Source: an uncultured Thermococci archaeon
Lineage (GTDB): Archaea; Methanobacteriota_B; Thermococci; Thermococcales; Thermococcaceae
Assembly (NCBI GenBank): GCA_964615185.1
Contig: CAZTOS010000012.1
Coordinates: 1 to 28,421, forward strand
DNA length: 28,421 nt
Reading direction: 5' to 3'
The first letter of the stretch is position 1. Each line of letters begins with the position of its first letter. Below are positions 18,684-28,421 of the stretch, one piece after another. Position numbers and translations under genes: made by a program. The notes under the pieces are model-generated. The model searched no databases and was not told where the DNA came from. It saw only the letters and a list, made by a program, of their open reading frames with translations.

Positions 18684-19400
18684 CTAAAGAACGCCTAATT
18701 CTACGAGATTCAGCACTTTTACAGCGTTATCTGCAATAATTCCGTCATATAATCCCTTTAATCTGGGCAACCAGAAAAGCTCATCCATTTCATAGTTCCA
18801 CATAAAGACCTTAATTCCCAGTCCTCTCGCCCACTTTAAGAGAGCAACAAACATAGGAAATCCCACATAGCTGATGCCATCCAACGGCACGTGAAGAGAA
18901 TACAACTTTAAGTTTCTTTTAAGCAATGCCACCTTGGCTATTCCCGTTTCCGTGACTATGGAAAATCCAAGCTTAGCTTCTTTAGAATGTTCCCTAATAA
19001 GTTTAAGCATCTCAGGGCTTGGAGATGAGAATATGAGTCTATCAAAGCTATCAAACTCCTCAGCAAGTTTTAAAAGAGGCTTTACAGCTTCTTTATCCTT
19101 CACGTCAATATTAAAAATCGAGTTGGGGAACCTTTCAAAAAGCTCATCAACAGTTGGGATAAATTTGCCGTAAGGGTGGAGCTTTCTAAGCCCCTTTAAG
19201 CTCAGCTCCTTGATGCAGTAAACTTCACCATTTGTCCTAAATTTGCCGTCATGAAGTGTAACCAGCTTTCCATCTTTTGTGAGCCAAACATCAAACTCAA
19301 TTCCATCGGCTCCAGCTTTAATTGCCCTTTCAAAGGCTATTATAGTGTTTTCTGGATATACACTTTTAAAACCGCTATGCCCCAGCACGATGACGCCCAT
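18684..19400 (-). CDS. Second GDPD-family protein
   Basis: GHSG, PENT, IEFDV and LHD motifs; GGTGAGGAG RBS before the ATG at 19400. Confidence 0.88.
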   Translation of the reverse strand: MGVIVLGHSGFKSVYPENTIIAFERAIKAGADGIEFDVWLTKDGKLVTLHDGKFRTNGEVYCIKELSLKGLRKLHPYGKFIPTVDELFERFPNSIFNIDVKDKEAVKPLLKLAEEFDSFDRLIFSSPSPEMLKLIREHSKEAKLGFSIVTETGIAKVALLKRNLKLYSLHVPLDGISYVGFPMFVALLKWARGLGIKVFMWNYEMDELFWLPRLKGLYDGIIADNAVKVLNLVELGVL

Positions 19401-19641
19401 TCTCCTCACCCAAAACAACACAGCAAATTTATACACCAAAGCCAAGTAACGAACAAGAAGTTCAGCTATAAAAGGATATCCCTTTTGGATTCTTAGGATA
19501 CGGGAAACATCACAGGACATATATAAGCTAATTTCAGACATGGACTAACGTTCTTTTTGCTTTTTTCTTGTTTTTCGACCACCATAAAGCATAAAACTTC
19601 CCAAGACCTAATTTTTATTTAGCAAAAACGGAGGGGATGCA

Positions 19642-20946
19642 ATGGAGCGTAAAAAATTTAGCTGGGGAGTAGTTTTAGGATTGGCGCTTCTCGGTTTTAG
19701 TAGAAGTGTGGGATGGGCATTAAATAAGGGACTTTCATTCCCATTGCTTTCCAGCTATACTCAGTCTGCATTTGTCAAAGGAACAATTTTAGCCCTTGAA
19801 GGAATCATAGGATTGTTAATTCCACCACTCTTGGGATATTACAGCGATACACTAAAATCAAAACATGGAAGGAGAAGACCTTTCATAATGATTGGAGGTA
19901 CATTAGCTGGAGTTGCAGCGTTGATGATTTACACTGCTTATGCACTTGGAGCACCATTAGCAGGTTTTGCACTAACACTGGCATTCTTTTACTTCTCAAT
20001 GCACCTATACACCGCACAATTCAGAGCCTTAATGCCAGACACAATAGAGAGCGGTGAAAGAGGAAAAGCGAGTGGTGTAATTACGCTTTTGGAGTGGGCT
20101 GGCAATCTTTTCCTCTTTGGATTGGCTGGATTTTTAATAGCCAAAGCTGTTGCTGAAACAGGAGAAGCTGAGGGCATAAAAGCTTTAGCCCAAACCCCTT
20201 ACCTCAAGATACCTTTCATAATAACCGCCCTCTTTCTCATTGGTGCAGCATTGTTTGTGTATTTTATAGTTAAAGAGCCGAAAGCCCCAGAAATCGAAGA
20301 AGATGAAAGCCTTATTGGGTATTTAAAGAGCATAGTTGAAAACAGGGACTTCTTAAAGTTCTATGCAGCCCAGACCCTCTGGTGGATGAGCTTTGAGTTC
20401 ATAGCAATCTTCCTCTATGGAATTCTTGCATTTATCCTCCATGGCTCAGCCACTGAAGAGAACGTTAAAGCCGTGACATCTCTCGGCTTATACCTAATGG
20501 CCCTCTTTAACATCACAGTCTTGCTCGGAGCCCTACCCGGAGGAATAATCTACGACAAACTTGGAAGGAGACTTAGCATAATCCTTGGAGGCATCATCTT
20601 TGCCCTGCCACAGCTCTGGGGATGGTTCATAAGCACGCAAGCAGAGATAGTGATAGCTTTGGGAATAGCAGGAATAGGTTGGGGAATACTAATGGCAGCA
20701 TCTTATCCAGTTATTGGTGATTTACTAACCCACTATGAAAGAGAAGCATTTACAGGCAGATATTACGGCTTCTTTGAGGCTACTCGCTCACTACCAGTGC
20801 TCTTGGCAGGAACAATTGGTGGTGCAATAGTTGATTTAGCCGGTGAAAATTATCGTGTTTTATTCCCAATCGGTGCACTGCTTGTGTTGTTGGCAATGCC
20901 AATGATATGGCACATGAAGAACCTTGAAGCAGGTGAGAAGTCATGA
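19642..20946 (+). CDS. MFS transporter (sugar-porter-like)
   Basis: About 12 TM segments; SDTLKSKHGRRRPF and DKLGRR loop motifs. Confidence 0.9.
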   Translation: MERKKFSWGVVLGLALLGFSRSVGWALNKGLSFPLLSSYTQSAFVKGTILALEGIIGLLIPPLLGYYSDTLKSKHGRRRPFIMIGGTLAGVAALMIYTAYALGAPLAGFALTLAFFYFSMHLYTAQFRALMPDTIESGERGKASGVITLLEWAGNLFLFGLAGFLIAKAVAETGEAEGIKALAQTPYLKIPFIITALFLIGAALFVYFIVKEPKAPEIEEDESLIGYLKSIVENRDFLKFYAAQTLWWMSFEFIAIFLYGILAFILHGSATEENVKAVTSLGLYLMALFNITVLLGALPGGIIYDKLGRRLSIILGGIIFALPQLWGWFISTQAEIVIALGIAGIGWGILMAASYPVIGDLLTHYEREAFTGRYYGFFEATRSLPVLLAGTIGGAIVDLAGENYRVLFPIGALLVLLAMPMIWHMKNLEAGEKS

Positions 20947-21806
20947 TTCCGGAAATCCTAATTGTTCTTTTAGTAATCTTTTTTCTCTTTGTGGTCTTTG
21001 TAGCGTACAAAATGGTTAAGCCGCCGAGAGAAATTGAGAAATGGACGCCAAAAGATTTAGGCTACGACTACGAGGAGGTAACGATACAAACAAAAGACAG
21101 CTTAAAGCTTCACGCATGGTGGATTGACCGAGGAAATGAAAAAACTGTAATCCCGCTCCACGGTTACACCTCAAGCAAGTGGAACGACCTCTACATAAAG
21201 CCGACGATGGAAATTCTGCTGAAAGCCGGATACAACGTCCTTGCCTTTGATTTCAGAGCACATGGGAAGAGCGAAGGGAAATACACGACAGTTGGAGACA
21301 AAGAGCTGATTGACCTAATCTCGGCAATTGATTGGCTTAAGAAAAATCATCCAGAGAAAGCCAAGAAGATAAGCCTTATCGGATTTTCAATGGGTGGAAT
21401 GGTTACTATAAGGGCTTTAGCTGAAGACGAAAGAATTTGCTGCGGAGTTGCTGATTCTCCACCAATGCACCTTGATAAAACAGGGGCAAGAGGCCTGAGA
21501 TATTTTGCAAAGCTCCCAGAGTGGCTGTATATTTTTGTTAAGCCATTCACAATGCTGATAAGTGGCGGAAAACCTGTTCACCCATTAGAATATGCAGAAA
21601 AAGTAAAGAAGCCTCTCCTACTAATAGCCGGAAAGAAAGACCCGCTCGTCAAAGTTGAAGAAATTCAAGAGTTCTACGAGAGGAACAAGAAAATCAATCC
21701 AAACGTTGAGCTTTGGGTTACAGAAGCTCCCCATGTCAGGACAATACTCATAGCAAAGGATGAATACAAGAAGAGAATTCTGGAGTTTTTCGAGAAATAC
21801 CTCTGA
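20943..21806 (+). CDS. Membrane-anchored alpha/beta hydrolase (esterase/lipase-like)
   Basis: N-terminal TM, LHGY, DFRAHGKSEG, GFSMG nucleophile elbow, plus D and H triad candidates. Confidence 0.88.
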   Translation: MIPEILIVLLVIFFLFVVFVAYKMVKPPREIEKWTPKDLGYDYEEVTIQTKDSLKLHAWWIDRGNEKTVIPLHGYTSSKWNDLYIKPTMEILLKAGYNVLAFDFRAHGKSEGKYTTVGDKELIDLISAIDWLKKNHPEKAKKISLIGFSMGGMVTIRALAEDERICCGVADSPPMHLDKTGARGLRYFAKLPEWLYIFVKPFTMLISGGKPVHPLEYAEKVKKPLLLIAGKKDPLVKVEEIQEFYERNKKINPNVELWVTEAPHVRTILIAKDEYKKRILEFFEKYL

Positions 21807-21815
21807 GGTGTAGTT

Positions 21816-22676
21816 ATGAGGAAACTTGACAAGGCATTACTTATAGTTTCAATTTTTCTCTTGCTCTTTTCCATTCTGGCAACGTACTTTCAAGTTTATG
21901 CATTTTGGAAGGCTATAACATTCCTTGGATACGAAAAATTCTACATGATCCTAATCCCAGTGATATACCTCGGCTACAGCTCATCCTATGGGATAGCGCT
22001 CTTTATTCCCTTCATTCTCGGCATGTGGCTCAATTTGTTCCTTAAAAACTTCTTCAAGCTGCCAAGACCTTCAGAAAATCTTAGAATAGTTGAAGCTAAG
22101 GGATACGGGTTCCCAAGCGGACATGCCCAAGGCTCGAGCATGGTCTTTGGTTACTTTGCCTACACAAAGGAAGGGATTGGGGTTAGAGTTTTCTGCCTGA
22201 CTATGATAGCCCTGATTTCGCTTTCAAGGATAGTTCTGGGAGTCCACTACTGGAGGGATATATTTGGGGGAATTGCACTGGGAACAGCAGTTATCTCTAT
22301 TGGGGTATATCTAAAGGAAAAAATCAAATATACGCCAAAAGTTGCCCTACTGGGGATCATTCTAAGCCTTCTGCTTCCAGTGGTGTCAAGGGTAGTGGGA
22401 TATGCCAACGAAACATTTTCAATAGTCGAGGGGTCACTTATTGGTGCAGTCATTGGGTATTCTGCATTTAGACACTTCAATCTTCCAGATACATCAGAGA
22501 TATCTCCCAAAAGGAGGGCAATAATGACAGCTGCTGGTCTGTTCGTCAGCGGTGCTGGCTATGTGGCTTGGAAATCTGGGGCTCCCGGACTGCCAGTATT
22601 TGCGCTATCCACATTTGCGATGATGTTTCTGGTTCCCTTTGTGTTTTCAAGGCTTTTTAAGGACGGTAGAGGTTAG
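21816..22676 (+). CDS. PAP2-family membrane phosphatase
   Basis: KxxxxxxRP, FPSGH and SRIVLGVHYWRD motifs. Confidence 0.9.
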   Translation: MRKLDKALLIVSIFLLLFSILATYFQVYAFWKAITFLGYEKFYMILIPVIYLGYSSSYGIALFIPFILGMWLNLFLKNFFKLPRPSENLRIVEAKGYGFPSGHAQGSSMVFGYFAYTKEGIGVRVFCLTMIALISLSRIVLGVHYWRDIFGGIALGTAVISIGVYLKEKIKYTPKVALLGIILSLLLPVVSRVVGYANETFSIVEGSLIGAVIGYSAFRHFNLPDTSEISPKRRAIMTAAGLFVSGAGYVAWKSGAPGLPVFALSTFAMMFLVPFVFSRLFKDGRG

Positions 22677-22689
22677 CTCCCTAACGACA

Positions 22690-23913
22690 TTATTTCAATC
22701 TCTTCACAGCCCAATTATAGAGCAGCACTGCAATCACCAACATGCCGAAGCTGCCAAGGGCAAGCCAGAGCACATCGGGCATTATCTCGCTTGCAGGTCT
22801 GTGATAAAGCTCAAGCAACCTTAAGTCCTTCAAAGCCCTACCCAATGGGAAGTAATTCGCTATCGGCCTCGCCCACTCTGGAAGGATGCTCTCAGGGACA
22901 ACTATGGCCGCTAAAGCCAGTAGAGGCATCGAAACCAAGTTGACTATTGCATTTGTTGCCTTTATGCTCCTCGTTCCCATGGCTATAGCCAGTCCAAGGC
23001 TCATCGAAAACACTGCAGCTATAAAGATTATCAGCCAGCCAAGAGGACTTGGAAATACCGTTTCTCCAAAGGCAAGCTTTGCATAGGTTATTCCGATGAA
23101 TATGCTTACCATTATTGTAATGAACGTTGAGAGCATCTTGCCGATTAGGAAGTCCCAAGCAGTCGCAGGTGAGGCAACTATTCTTCTGAGAGTTCCCCTC
23201 TCTATCTCCTCAAGTGTTCCAGCCCCTATGCTGAGCATTGTAGCGAAGAGGAACTGGATTCCTATAAAGCTCGTAACATAGAACTGAATCGCTGAAGCTG
23301 TCTCTCCTTTAACTTCCTTCTCTTCAAACACCAGCGGATTTACCATTGCAAGAAGATGCTCTTTGATTTCCTCTATGCTAATTGGAATATCCTTTGGCAT
23401 GTATCTCTCCATATACTGGAATGTAATTTCAATGCTCTTTTCCTGCATTCTCTTCTCGAATTCAGAGAAGAAGCCTTTTATTGCCCCACTGACAATTTGA
23501 TAGTTCTGCGGGTCACTCTTATCAAAATAAACGTAAACCCTTGCCTGCAGTCCTCTCGTTATGTTTGCCCCGAAGCCCTTCGGAAACACTATCAGTGCAT
23601 CAATTCTTCCATGCTCCAGCGCATCAACTCCAGAGCTTTCGCTTGGATATGTTTTGATGTTAAAGATGTGAACCCCCTCGATAGTCACGTTTTCCATTAT
23701 TTTCACAACATCATAAGCTGTAAATGGTGTAGTCTCGTTGAAGTAAACCACTCCAACGGCTATCGTTATTGGTGGATTTTCTCCTCCCCAAATGCCTCCT
23801 AATAAAGTTATCCACATGAGAGGGAACACAAAAATCCAGAATATGACCATCTTTTCCCTCCTAATCTCTTTCAAATCTTTCAAAATTATGCCTTTAATTG
23901 CTCTCAGCTTCAT
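22690..23913 (-). CDS. ABC-2 type transporter permease
   Basis: N-terminal TM, large extracellular loop, EIERGTLRR and five C-terminal TMs. Confidence 0.88.
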   Translation of the reverse strand: MKLRAIKGIILKDLKEIRREKMVIFWIFVFPLMWITLLGGIWGGENPPITIAVGVVYFNETTPFTAYDVVKIMENVTIEGVHIFNIKTYPSESSGVDALEHGRIDALIVFPKGFGANITRGLQARVYVYFDKSDPQNYQIVSGAIKGFFSEFEKRMQEKSIEITFQYMERYMPKDIPISIEEIKEHLLAMVNPLVFEEKEVKGETASAIQFYVTSFIGIQFLFATMLSIGAGTLEEIERGTLRRIVASPATAWDFLIGKMLSTFITIMVSIFIGITYAKLAFGETVFPSPLGWLIIFIAAVFSMSLGLAIAMGTRSIKATNAIVNLVSMPLLALAAIVVPESILPEWARPIANYFPLGRALKDLRLLELYHRPASEIMPDVLWLALGSFGMLVIAVLLYNWAVKRLK

Positions 23914-24800
23914 TCCAATCCCCTCCCCGTGAGCTTTAGGAAGACATCTTCAAGGGTTGGTTCTTCAACTTTTACAGCCTTAATTTCACTGCCCTGAGAA
24001 ATTAGAATCTCAACAATTCTTGGAAGAGACTCTCTTGGGTTCTTAACTTGAATCCTCAAAATGCCATCCTTCTCAATTAGCCTTGGAAACTCCTCCCTGA
24101 GTTTTTCAATCCCTTTAAGAAGGCCTTCGACTTGGATTATGCTCTCCTCTCCAATCAAGGCTTTCAGCTCGTCCGCAGTTCCAATCGCTATAATTTTCCC
24201 TTCATTCATTATCGCAATTCTATCAGCTAAAGCCTCAGCCTCTTCCATGTAATGAGTAGCTAGGAGAATTGTCTTTCCCTCCTCCTTAAAGCTCTCTATT
24301 AGCTCCCAGAGCTTTCTCCTTGAGGGAACATCAAGCCCTGTTGAGGGCTCATCAAGTATTAGGATATTTGGGTCATACAATAGCGAAATTGCCAGGTTCA
24401 GCCTTCTCTTAAATCCTCCGCTCAGCTCTTTTGCTTTCTTCTTAGCCGGCAGTTCAAAGCGCTCAATTAGCGCATTAATTTTATCCTTTGGAGCATCATA
24501 CAAATCAGCGTAAAACTCAAGGTTTTCCTTAACCGTCAGTAAATCATAAGCTATGCTTTCCTGAGGAACATAGCCTATAAGCCGTGCGGTCTTCTTGCTG
24601 AGCTTCTCTCCAAAGACTCTGATTTCTCCTCTATCATAGCTTAAGCCCTCAGCAAGAATCCTTATCAGAGTTGTTTTTCCAGCACCATTAGGACCCAATA
24701 AAGCGAAAATCTCTCCTTCTTTTATCTCCAGGCTAACCCCTCGCAAAGCTTTTACATCCCCATAACTTTTCCACAAATCCTTAATCTCTATCGCATTCAT
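23910..24800 (-). CDS. ABC transporter ATP-binding protein
   Basis: GPNGAGKT, LSGG, ILDEP and H-loop; AGGTGA RBS before the ATG at 24800. Confidence 0.92.
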   Translation of the reverse strand: MNAIEIKDLWKSYGDVKALRGVSLEIKEGEIFALLGPNGAGKTTLIRILAEGLSYDRGEIRVFGEKLSKKTARLIGYVPQESIAYDLLTVKENLEFYADLYDAPKDKINALIERFELPAKKKAKELSGGFKRRLNLAISLLYDPNILILDEPSTGLDVPSRRKLWELIESFKEEGKTILLATHYMEEAEALADRIAIMNEGKIIAIGTADELKALIGEESIIQVEGLLKGIEKLREEFPRLIEKDGILRIQVKNPRESLPRIVEILISQGSEIKAVKVEEPTLEDVFLKLTGRGLE

Positions 24801-24908
24801 GCTTTCACCTGGATTAAAATTCACGTTGGTATATATAAGTGGCGGGGAAATTCTGAATTTCAGAAGATTTATAACTCTCCCAACGCTCACTCTCTTAGAG
24901 GTGATAGC

Positions 24909-26624
24909 ATGGAAGAGTTAGTTTTAAAGTACGCGCTCATCAATGCAATTCAGCACGGTGGAAAAGCTAATCCTAAGGCAGTCATAGGCAAAGTTCTCGG
25001 CAGCCATCCAGAGCTGAGACCAAAAGTTAGGGAGATAGTCCCTCTTGTAAATAAGGTGGTTGAAGAGGTTAACAAGATGAGCATAGAAGAGCAGGAGACA
25101 AAGCTCAGGGAAATTTATCCAGAGTTCTTTGAGAAAAAAGAAGAAAAGCACGAGGAAAAGAAAGGGTTACCTCCTCTTCCCAAAGCTGAGAAGGGTAAAG
25201 TAGTTACAAGATTTGCTCCAAATCCTGATGGAGCTTTCCACTTAGGAAACGCTCGTGCGGCCATTTTAAGCCACGAATATGCGAGAATGTACGATGGCAA
25301 GTTCATATTGAGATTTGATGACACTGATCCAAAAGTGAAGAGACCCGAGCCCATCTTTTATGAGTGGATAATCGAGGATTTAAAATGGCTCGGCTTCAAG
25401 ATTGATGAAATCCATTACGCCAGCGACAGACTTGAGATTTATTACAAGTATGCTGAAGAGCTTATAAAGATGGGCAAAGCCTATGTTTGTACCTGCAAGC
25501 CAGAGGAATTCAGAAAGCTCAGAGATGCCGGAAAGCCATGTCCGCATCGTGATGAACCCGTTGAGATTCAGCTCGAAAAATGGGAGAAGATGCTTGACGG
25601 AACTTATAAAGAAGGAGAAGCTGTTGTTAGAATAAAAACCGATTTAAACCATCCAAATCCAGCCGTAAGAGATTGGCCTGCTTTAAGGATAATTGACAAT
25701 CCAGATCATCCCAGAACTGGGGATAAATACAGGGTTTGGCCACTTTATAATTTTGCATCAGCTATTGATGACCATGATCTCGGTGTAACTCACATCTTCA
25801 GAGGACAGGAGCATGCCGAGAATGAGACAAGGCAGAGATACATCTATGATTATTTCGGCTGGGAGTATCCAGTAACTGTTCATCATGGTAGATTGTCAAT
25901 TGAGGGAGTAATTCTGAGCAAATCAAAGACAAGAAAGGGAATTCAGGAGGGCAAGTACTTAGGCTGGGATGACCCAAGATTAGGAACAATTAGAGCGCTA
26001 AAGAGAAGAGGAATTCTTCCAGAAGCAATAAGGGAACTGATTATAAGCGTTGGGCTCAAGAGGAGTGACACAACCATAAGCTGGGACAACTTGGCTGCGA
26101 TAAATAGAAAGCTGATTGACCCAGTTGCAAACCGCTATTTCTTCGTTGCTGACCCAATTCCAATGTATATCAAAGGCTTTGAGGAAGAATTCACTGCAAA
26201 AGTTCCACTCCATCCAGACCATCCAGAGAGAGGATACAGAAAGCTCAGATTCATACCAGGAAACCCGGTTTATGTGTCAAAGGACGATTTGGAGCTGCTT
26301 AAGAAGAGTGAATATATAAGGCTCAAAGACCTCTTTAATGTTAAGCTCCTTGAGGTTAGTGAAGAGAAAATAGTTGCAGAGTTTGACAGCATTGAATATG
26401 AAAAAGCGAGAGAACACAGATGGCACATGATTCACTGGGTTCCAGAAGGAAAAGAGTGTGAAGTTATAATTCCAGAAGGAGATGAGCTTATAGTCAAGAA
26501 AGGTCTGCTTGAGAAAGATGCAGATGTCAAAGTGAATGACATAGTGCAGTTCGAGAGATTCGGCTTTGTCAGGATTGATGCCATTGAAAATGGAGTTGTT
26601 AAGGCAATATTTGCCCATAAGTGA
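24909..26624 (+). CDS. gltX: Glutamate--tRNA ligase (archaeal type)
   Basis: TRFAPNPDGAFHLGN (HIGH-like), LSKS and GWDDPRLGT motifs. Confidence 0.97.
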   Translation: MEELVLKYALINAIQHGGKANPKAVIGKVLGSHPELRPKVREIVPLVNKVVEEVNKMSIEEQETKLREIYPEFFEKKEEKHEEKKGLPPLPKAEKGKVVTRFAPNPDGAFHLGNARAAILSHEYARMYDGKFILRFDDTDPKVKRPEPIFYEWIIEDLKWLGFKIDEIHYASDRLEIYYKYAEELIKMGKAYVCTCKPEEFRKLRDAGKPCPHRDEPVEIQLEKWEKMLDGTYKEGEAVVRIKTDLNHPNPAVRDWPALRIIDNPDHPRTGDKYRVWPLYNFASAIDDHDLGVTHIFRGQEHAENETRQRYIYDYFGWEYPVTVHHGRLSIEGVILSKSKTRKGIQEGKYLGWDDPRLGTIRALKRRGILPEAIRELIISVGLKRSDTTISWDNLAAINRKLIDPVANRYFFVADPIPMYIKGFEEEFTAKVPLHPDHPERGYRKLRFIPGNPVYVSKDDLELLKKSEYIRLKDLFNVKLLEVSEEKIVAEFDSIEYEKAREHRWHMIHWVPEGKECEVIIPEGDELIVKKGLLEKDADVKVNDIVQFERFGFVRIDAIENGVVKAIFAHK

Positions 26625-26643
26625 TTTTTGTTTTTAACTTTAA
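26625..26643 (+). terminator. T-rich archaeal terminator-like tract after gltX
   Basis: TTTTTGTTTTT immediately after the stop codon. Confidence 0.45.
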
Positions 26644-27143
26644 CTTTTTCCTTCATAAAATTCCTTGATAAATTCTTTTGGTGTTAAGATGTAGAACTCA
26701 TGAGAATTCAACTTAAACTTTCTCGCTTTATTTCTGATTTTAAGCAAATGCTTCCTATCATAGGTTATCAAAAACTCAGCTTTAGCATTGTAAACAACAT
26801 CAAGAAACGGAATATCCTTTTCATCTTTCACAAGCTCCTTAATGCGCTTACTTTTCTGGAAACTCTTTTTAATTGATATGAGCTTAGAAGAAGACACAAC
26901 AGCACTAATTCTTAATATTGCAACTTCAACTGGAATCTTCTTTATTATTTTTGGATATGCCACCACGGTCTTGTATTCTTGGAGTGTTTTCCGAGAGTAA
27001 TAGTTAGTTACCTGACCAGTTAAGACTTTTTCAATCACTTCAAAGGCATATCCTTGAGAAGACATCAGAGCGGCAATTAAAACTGAGGTATCAATGACTA
27101 CTCTAAACCGAATTTTTTGAGCTTTCTTTCGATTTCTTTCCAT
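26640..27143 (-). CDS. PIN-domain putative toxin
   Basis: RVVIDTSVLIAAL, DEKDIPFL and LITYDRKHLL motifs. Confidence 0.85.
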   Translation of the reverse strand: MERNRKKAQKIRFRVVIDTSVLIAALMSSQGYAFEVIEKVLTGQVTNYYSRKTLQEYKTVVAYPKIIKKIPVEVAILRISAVVSSSKLISIKKSFQKSKRIKELVKDEKDIPFLDVVYNAKAEFLITYDRKHLLKIRNKARKFKLNSHEFYILTPKEFIKEFYEGKS

Positions 27144-27397
27144 CTTTTAATTTCCTCCTCAGCCTCATAATAAATCTCAATCGCCTTCTCCTCGCTTATG
27201 CCAGTTCTTTCACTCTTCCATTCCTTTAACACTTGTTGAATCACCTTTTCAGTCATTTTCTTAGTTTTGAGCTTCTTTAGGTTGGCTTTCCATTCATAAT
27301 ACTCTATTAGTTCTTTAGGCGAAATGCCAATAGCCTTTGCAATGTCATCAATAAGAAGCTTAACACCAGCAGGAAGCTTCTTCACATTAGTAACCAT
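27098..27397 (-). CDS. Hypothetical protein, probable antitoxin partner of the PIN gene
   Basis: Overlaps the PIN gene start; GGTGAG RBS before the ATG at 27397; small, charged and helical. Confidence 0.6.
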   Translation of the reverse strand: MVTNVKKLPAGVKLLIDDIAKAIGISPKELIEYYEWKANLKKLKTKKMTEKVIQQVLKEWKSERTGISEEKAIEIYYEAEEEIKRWKEIERKLKKFGLE

Positions 27398-27584
27398 ACA
27401 GCTCACCATCCTAACTTTTGCATCAATATGTTTAAAAATTTTGTATACTAAAATCTCTTAGAGCTTTTGTTAAGCATCATTCATTGAAAAGATTGTGAAT
27501 GAATTGCTGACTTGACTTTGGAGTTTAAGAAGAGTTAAATCTTTATTGCGCTCTAATCCAAATATAAACTTGGTGATATCCACT

Positions 27585-28399
27585 ATGATGAAGATTGACT
27601 TGAGCTATAAAGAAGGACTTAGAAAACTGGTAGAGGAATACAGAAAAAATGAGAAATACAGAAAAAATCTCGACAAAAAAGTAGACGAATGTTTAAAATG
27701 GAAAGAGAAAATAGAGACTGGCAAACTCTCTCAAGAAGAACGTGAGCGCCTTCTGAAAGATATAGTTGAACAGCTACTTCTTCAGGGTCGAGGTTCGAAG
27801 GGAGTCAAAACACAACTCAAAAAGATTGATGAAATTATTGGACAGTGGAGCATTGAAAATCTTGAGAAAAACTTGGATAATCTTGGAATGTCTAACAAGA
27901 AAAAAGAAAAGCTAAAAAGAATTTTTGGAATATTTAAAGGAGCACAAAGTTAGCGAGTGGATAAAAAGGCTGGATAACAATGACATGTTTGTTCCTCGAT
28001 TAGGACCAAAGAGCGATGAGGATTTTCTAAAAGAGCATGGTTTCTTTGGTCATGTGCCAGTTGATAGGCATACAAAGCGCTTTCTCTTCAGAACAGGAAT
28101 TCTTCATTGGTATCTCAAAAAGAATGAGAAGAATGCTGATGTTCTGAAAATATTTGAAGAAGACTATGAGGTATTTAAAAGAGCAATTATAGAATTTTGT
28201 AAGACCTTTGGAGACAATATTAAAATTGGAAAAAAAGAAAAAATTAAAGCTTGCAGAGAATCCCGGAATATTTGATATTGTGATTTGGTGGCATTGTGGA
28301 GAAGACAATGAAGAAGGTTGCAGAAACATCTGCGGAAGAAATTCAAGATGTAATGAATGCGTATTCAAAGAACACTGCCTGTGGTATAGGATTAAATAA
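27585..28399 (+). pseudogene. HhH-GPD/endonuclease III-like DNA glycosylase with C-terminal Cys cluster, split by two extra bases
   Basis: VPRLGPKS (HhH-like), PVDRHTKRFLFRTG and CGRNSRCNECVFKEHC lie in successive frames that join at homopolymers near 27922 and 28230-28243. Confidence 0.7.
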
Positions 28400-28421
28400 C
28401 GATTAAGCATAGATCTGCCTA

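Noticed and set aside
19468..19488. Imperfect palindrome AAAAGGATATCCCTTTT in the GDPD/MFS divergent region
   Set aside because: Single imperfect, low-complexity copy; too weak to call an operator.
19401..19541. N-terminal extension of the second GDPD (likewise 7040-7105, 24801-24890 and 27546-27584 for their genes)
   Set aside because: Downstream ATGs have clear RBSs and coincide with domain starts.
1213..26656. Numerous 60-150 aa antisense or alternate-frame ORFs inside gcvP, glp, ABC and gltX genes
   Set aside because: Shadow ORFs overlapping well-supported genes, with no recognisable motifs.
28027..28410. 127-aa minus-strand ORF
   Set aside because: It is antisense to the glycosylase-like reading frames, which carry recognisable motifs.

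Overview
Archaeal DNA, most likely Thermococcales (inferred from gene content, GGTGA/GGAGG ribosome-binding sites and BRE-TATA promoters). The core genes are gcvPB/gcvPA, a HAD hydrolase, a metallophosphoesterase, a PrsW-family protease, a glycerol/glycerophosphodiester catabolic cluster (DUF1667 protein, FAD oxidoreductase, G3P dehydrogenase, glpK, two GDPDs, MFS transporter, alpha/beta hydrolase, PAP2 phosphatase), an ABC-2 exporter and gltX. Accessory material includes a frameshifted archaeal ATPase-DUF234 gene, three tandem paralogous surface proteins, a PIN pair and a doubly frameshifted HhH-GPD-like gene. The most striking feature is a ~3.6-kb island between glpK and the GDPD genes (about 14.24-17.85 kb). 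It is built from two repeated DNA boxes: a 15-bp promoter-like box (ATATTAACYCTTCGG, 4 copies) and a 57-bp gene tail encoding QEAIAKGVEIGMKKAKET (3 copies). These boxes delimit different minus-strand toxin-antitoxin modules and divergent plus-strand 3-TM membrane genes. The layout resembles a modular cassette array, but no integrase is present in the window. No CRISPR array, tRNA or rRNA was seen.
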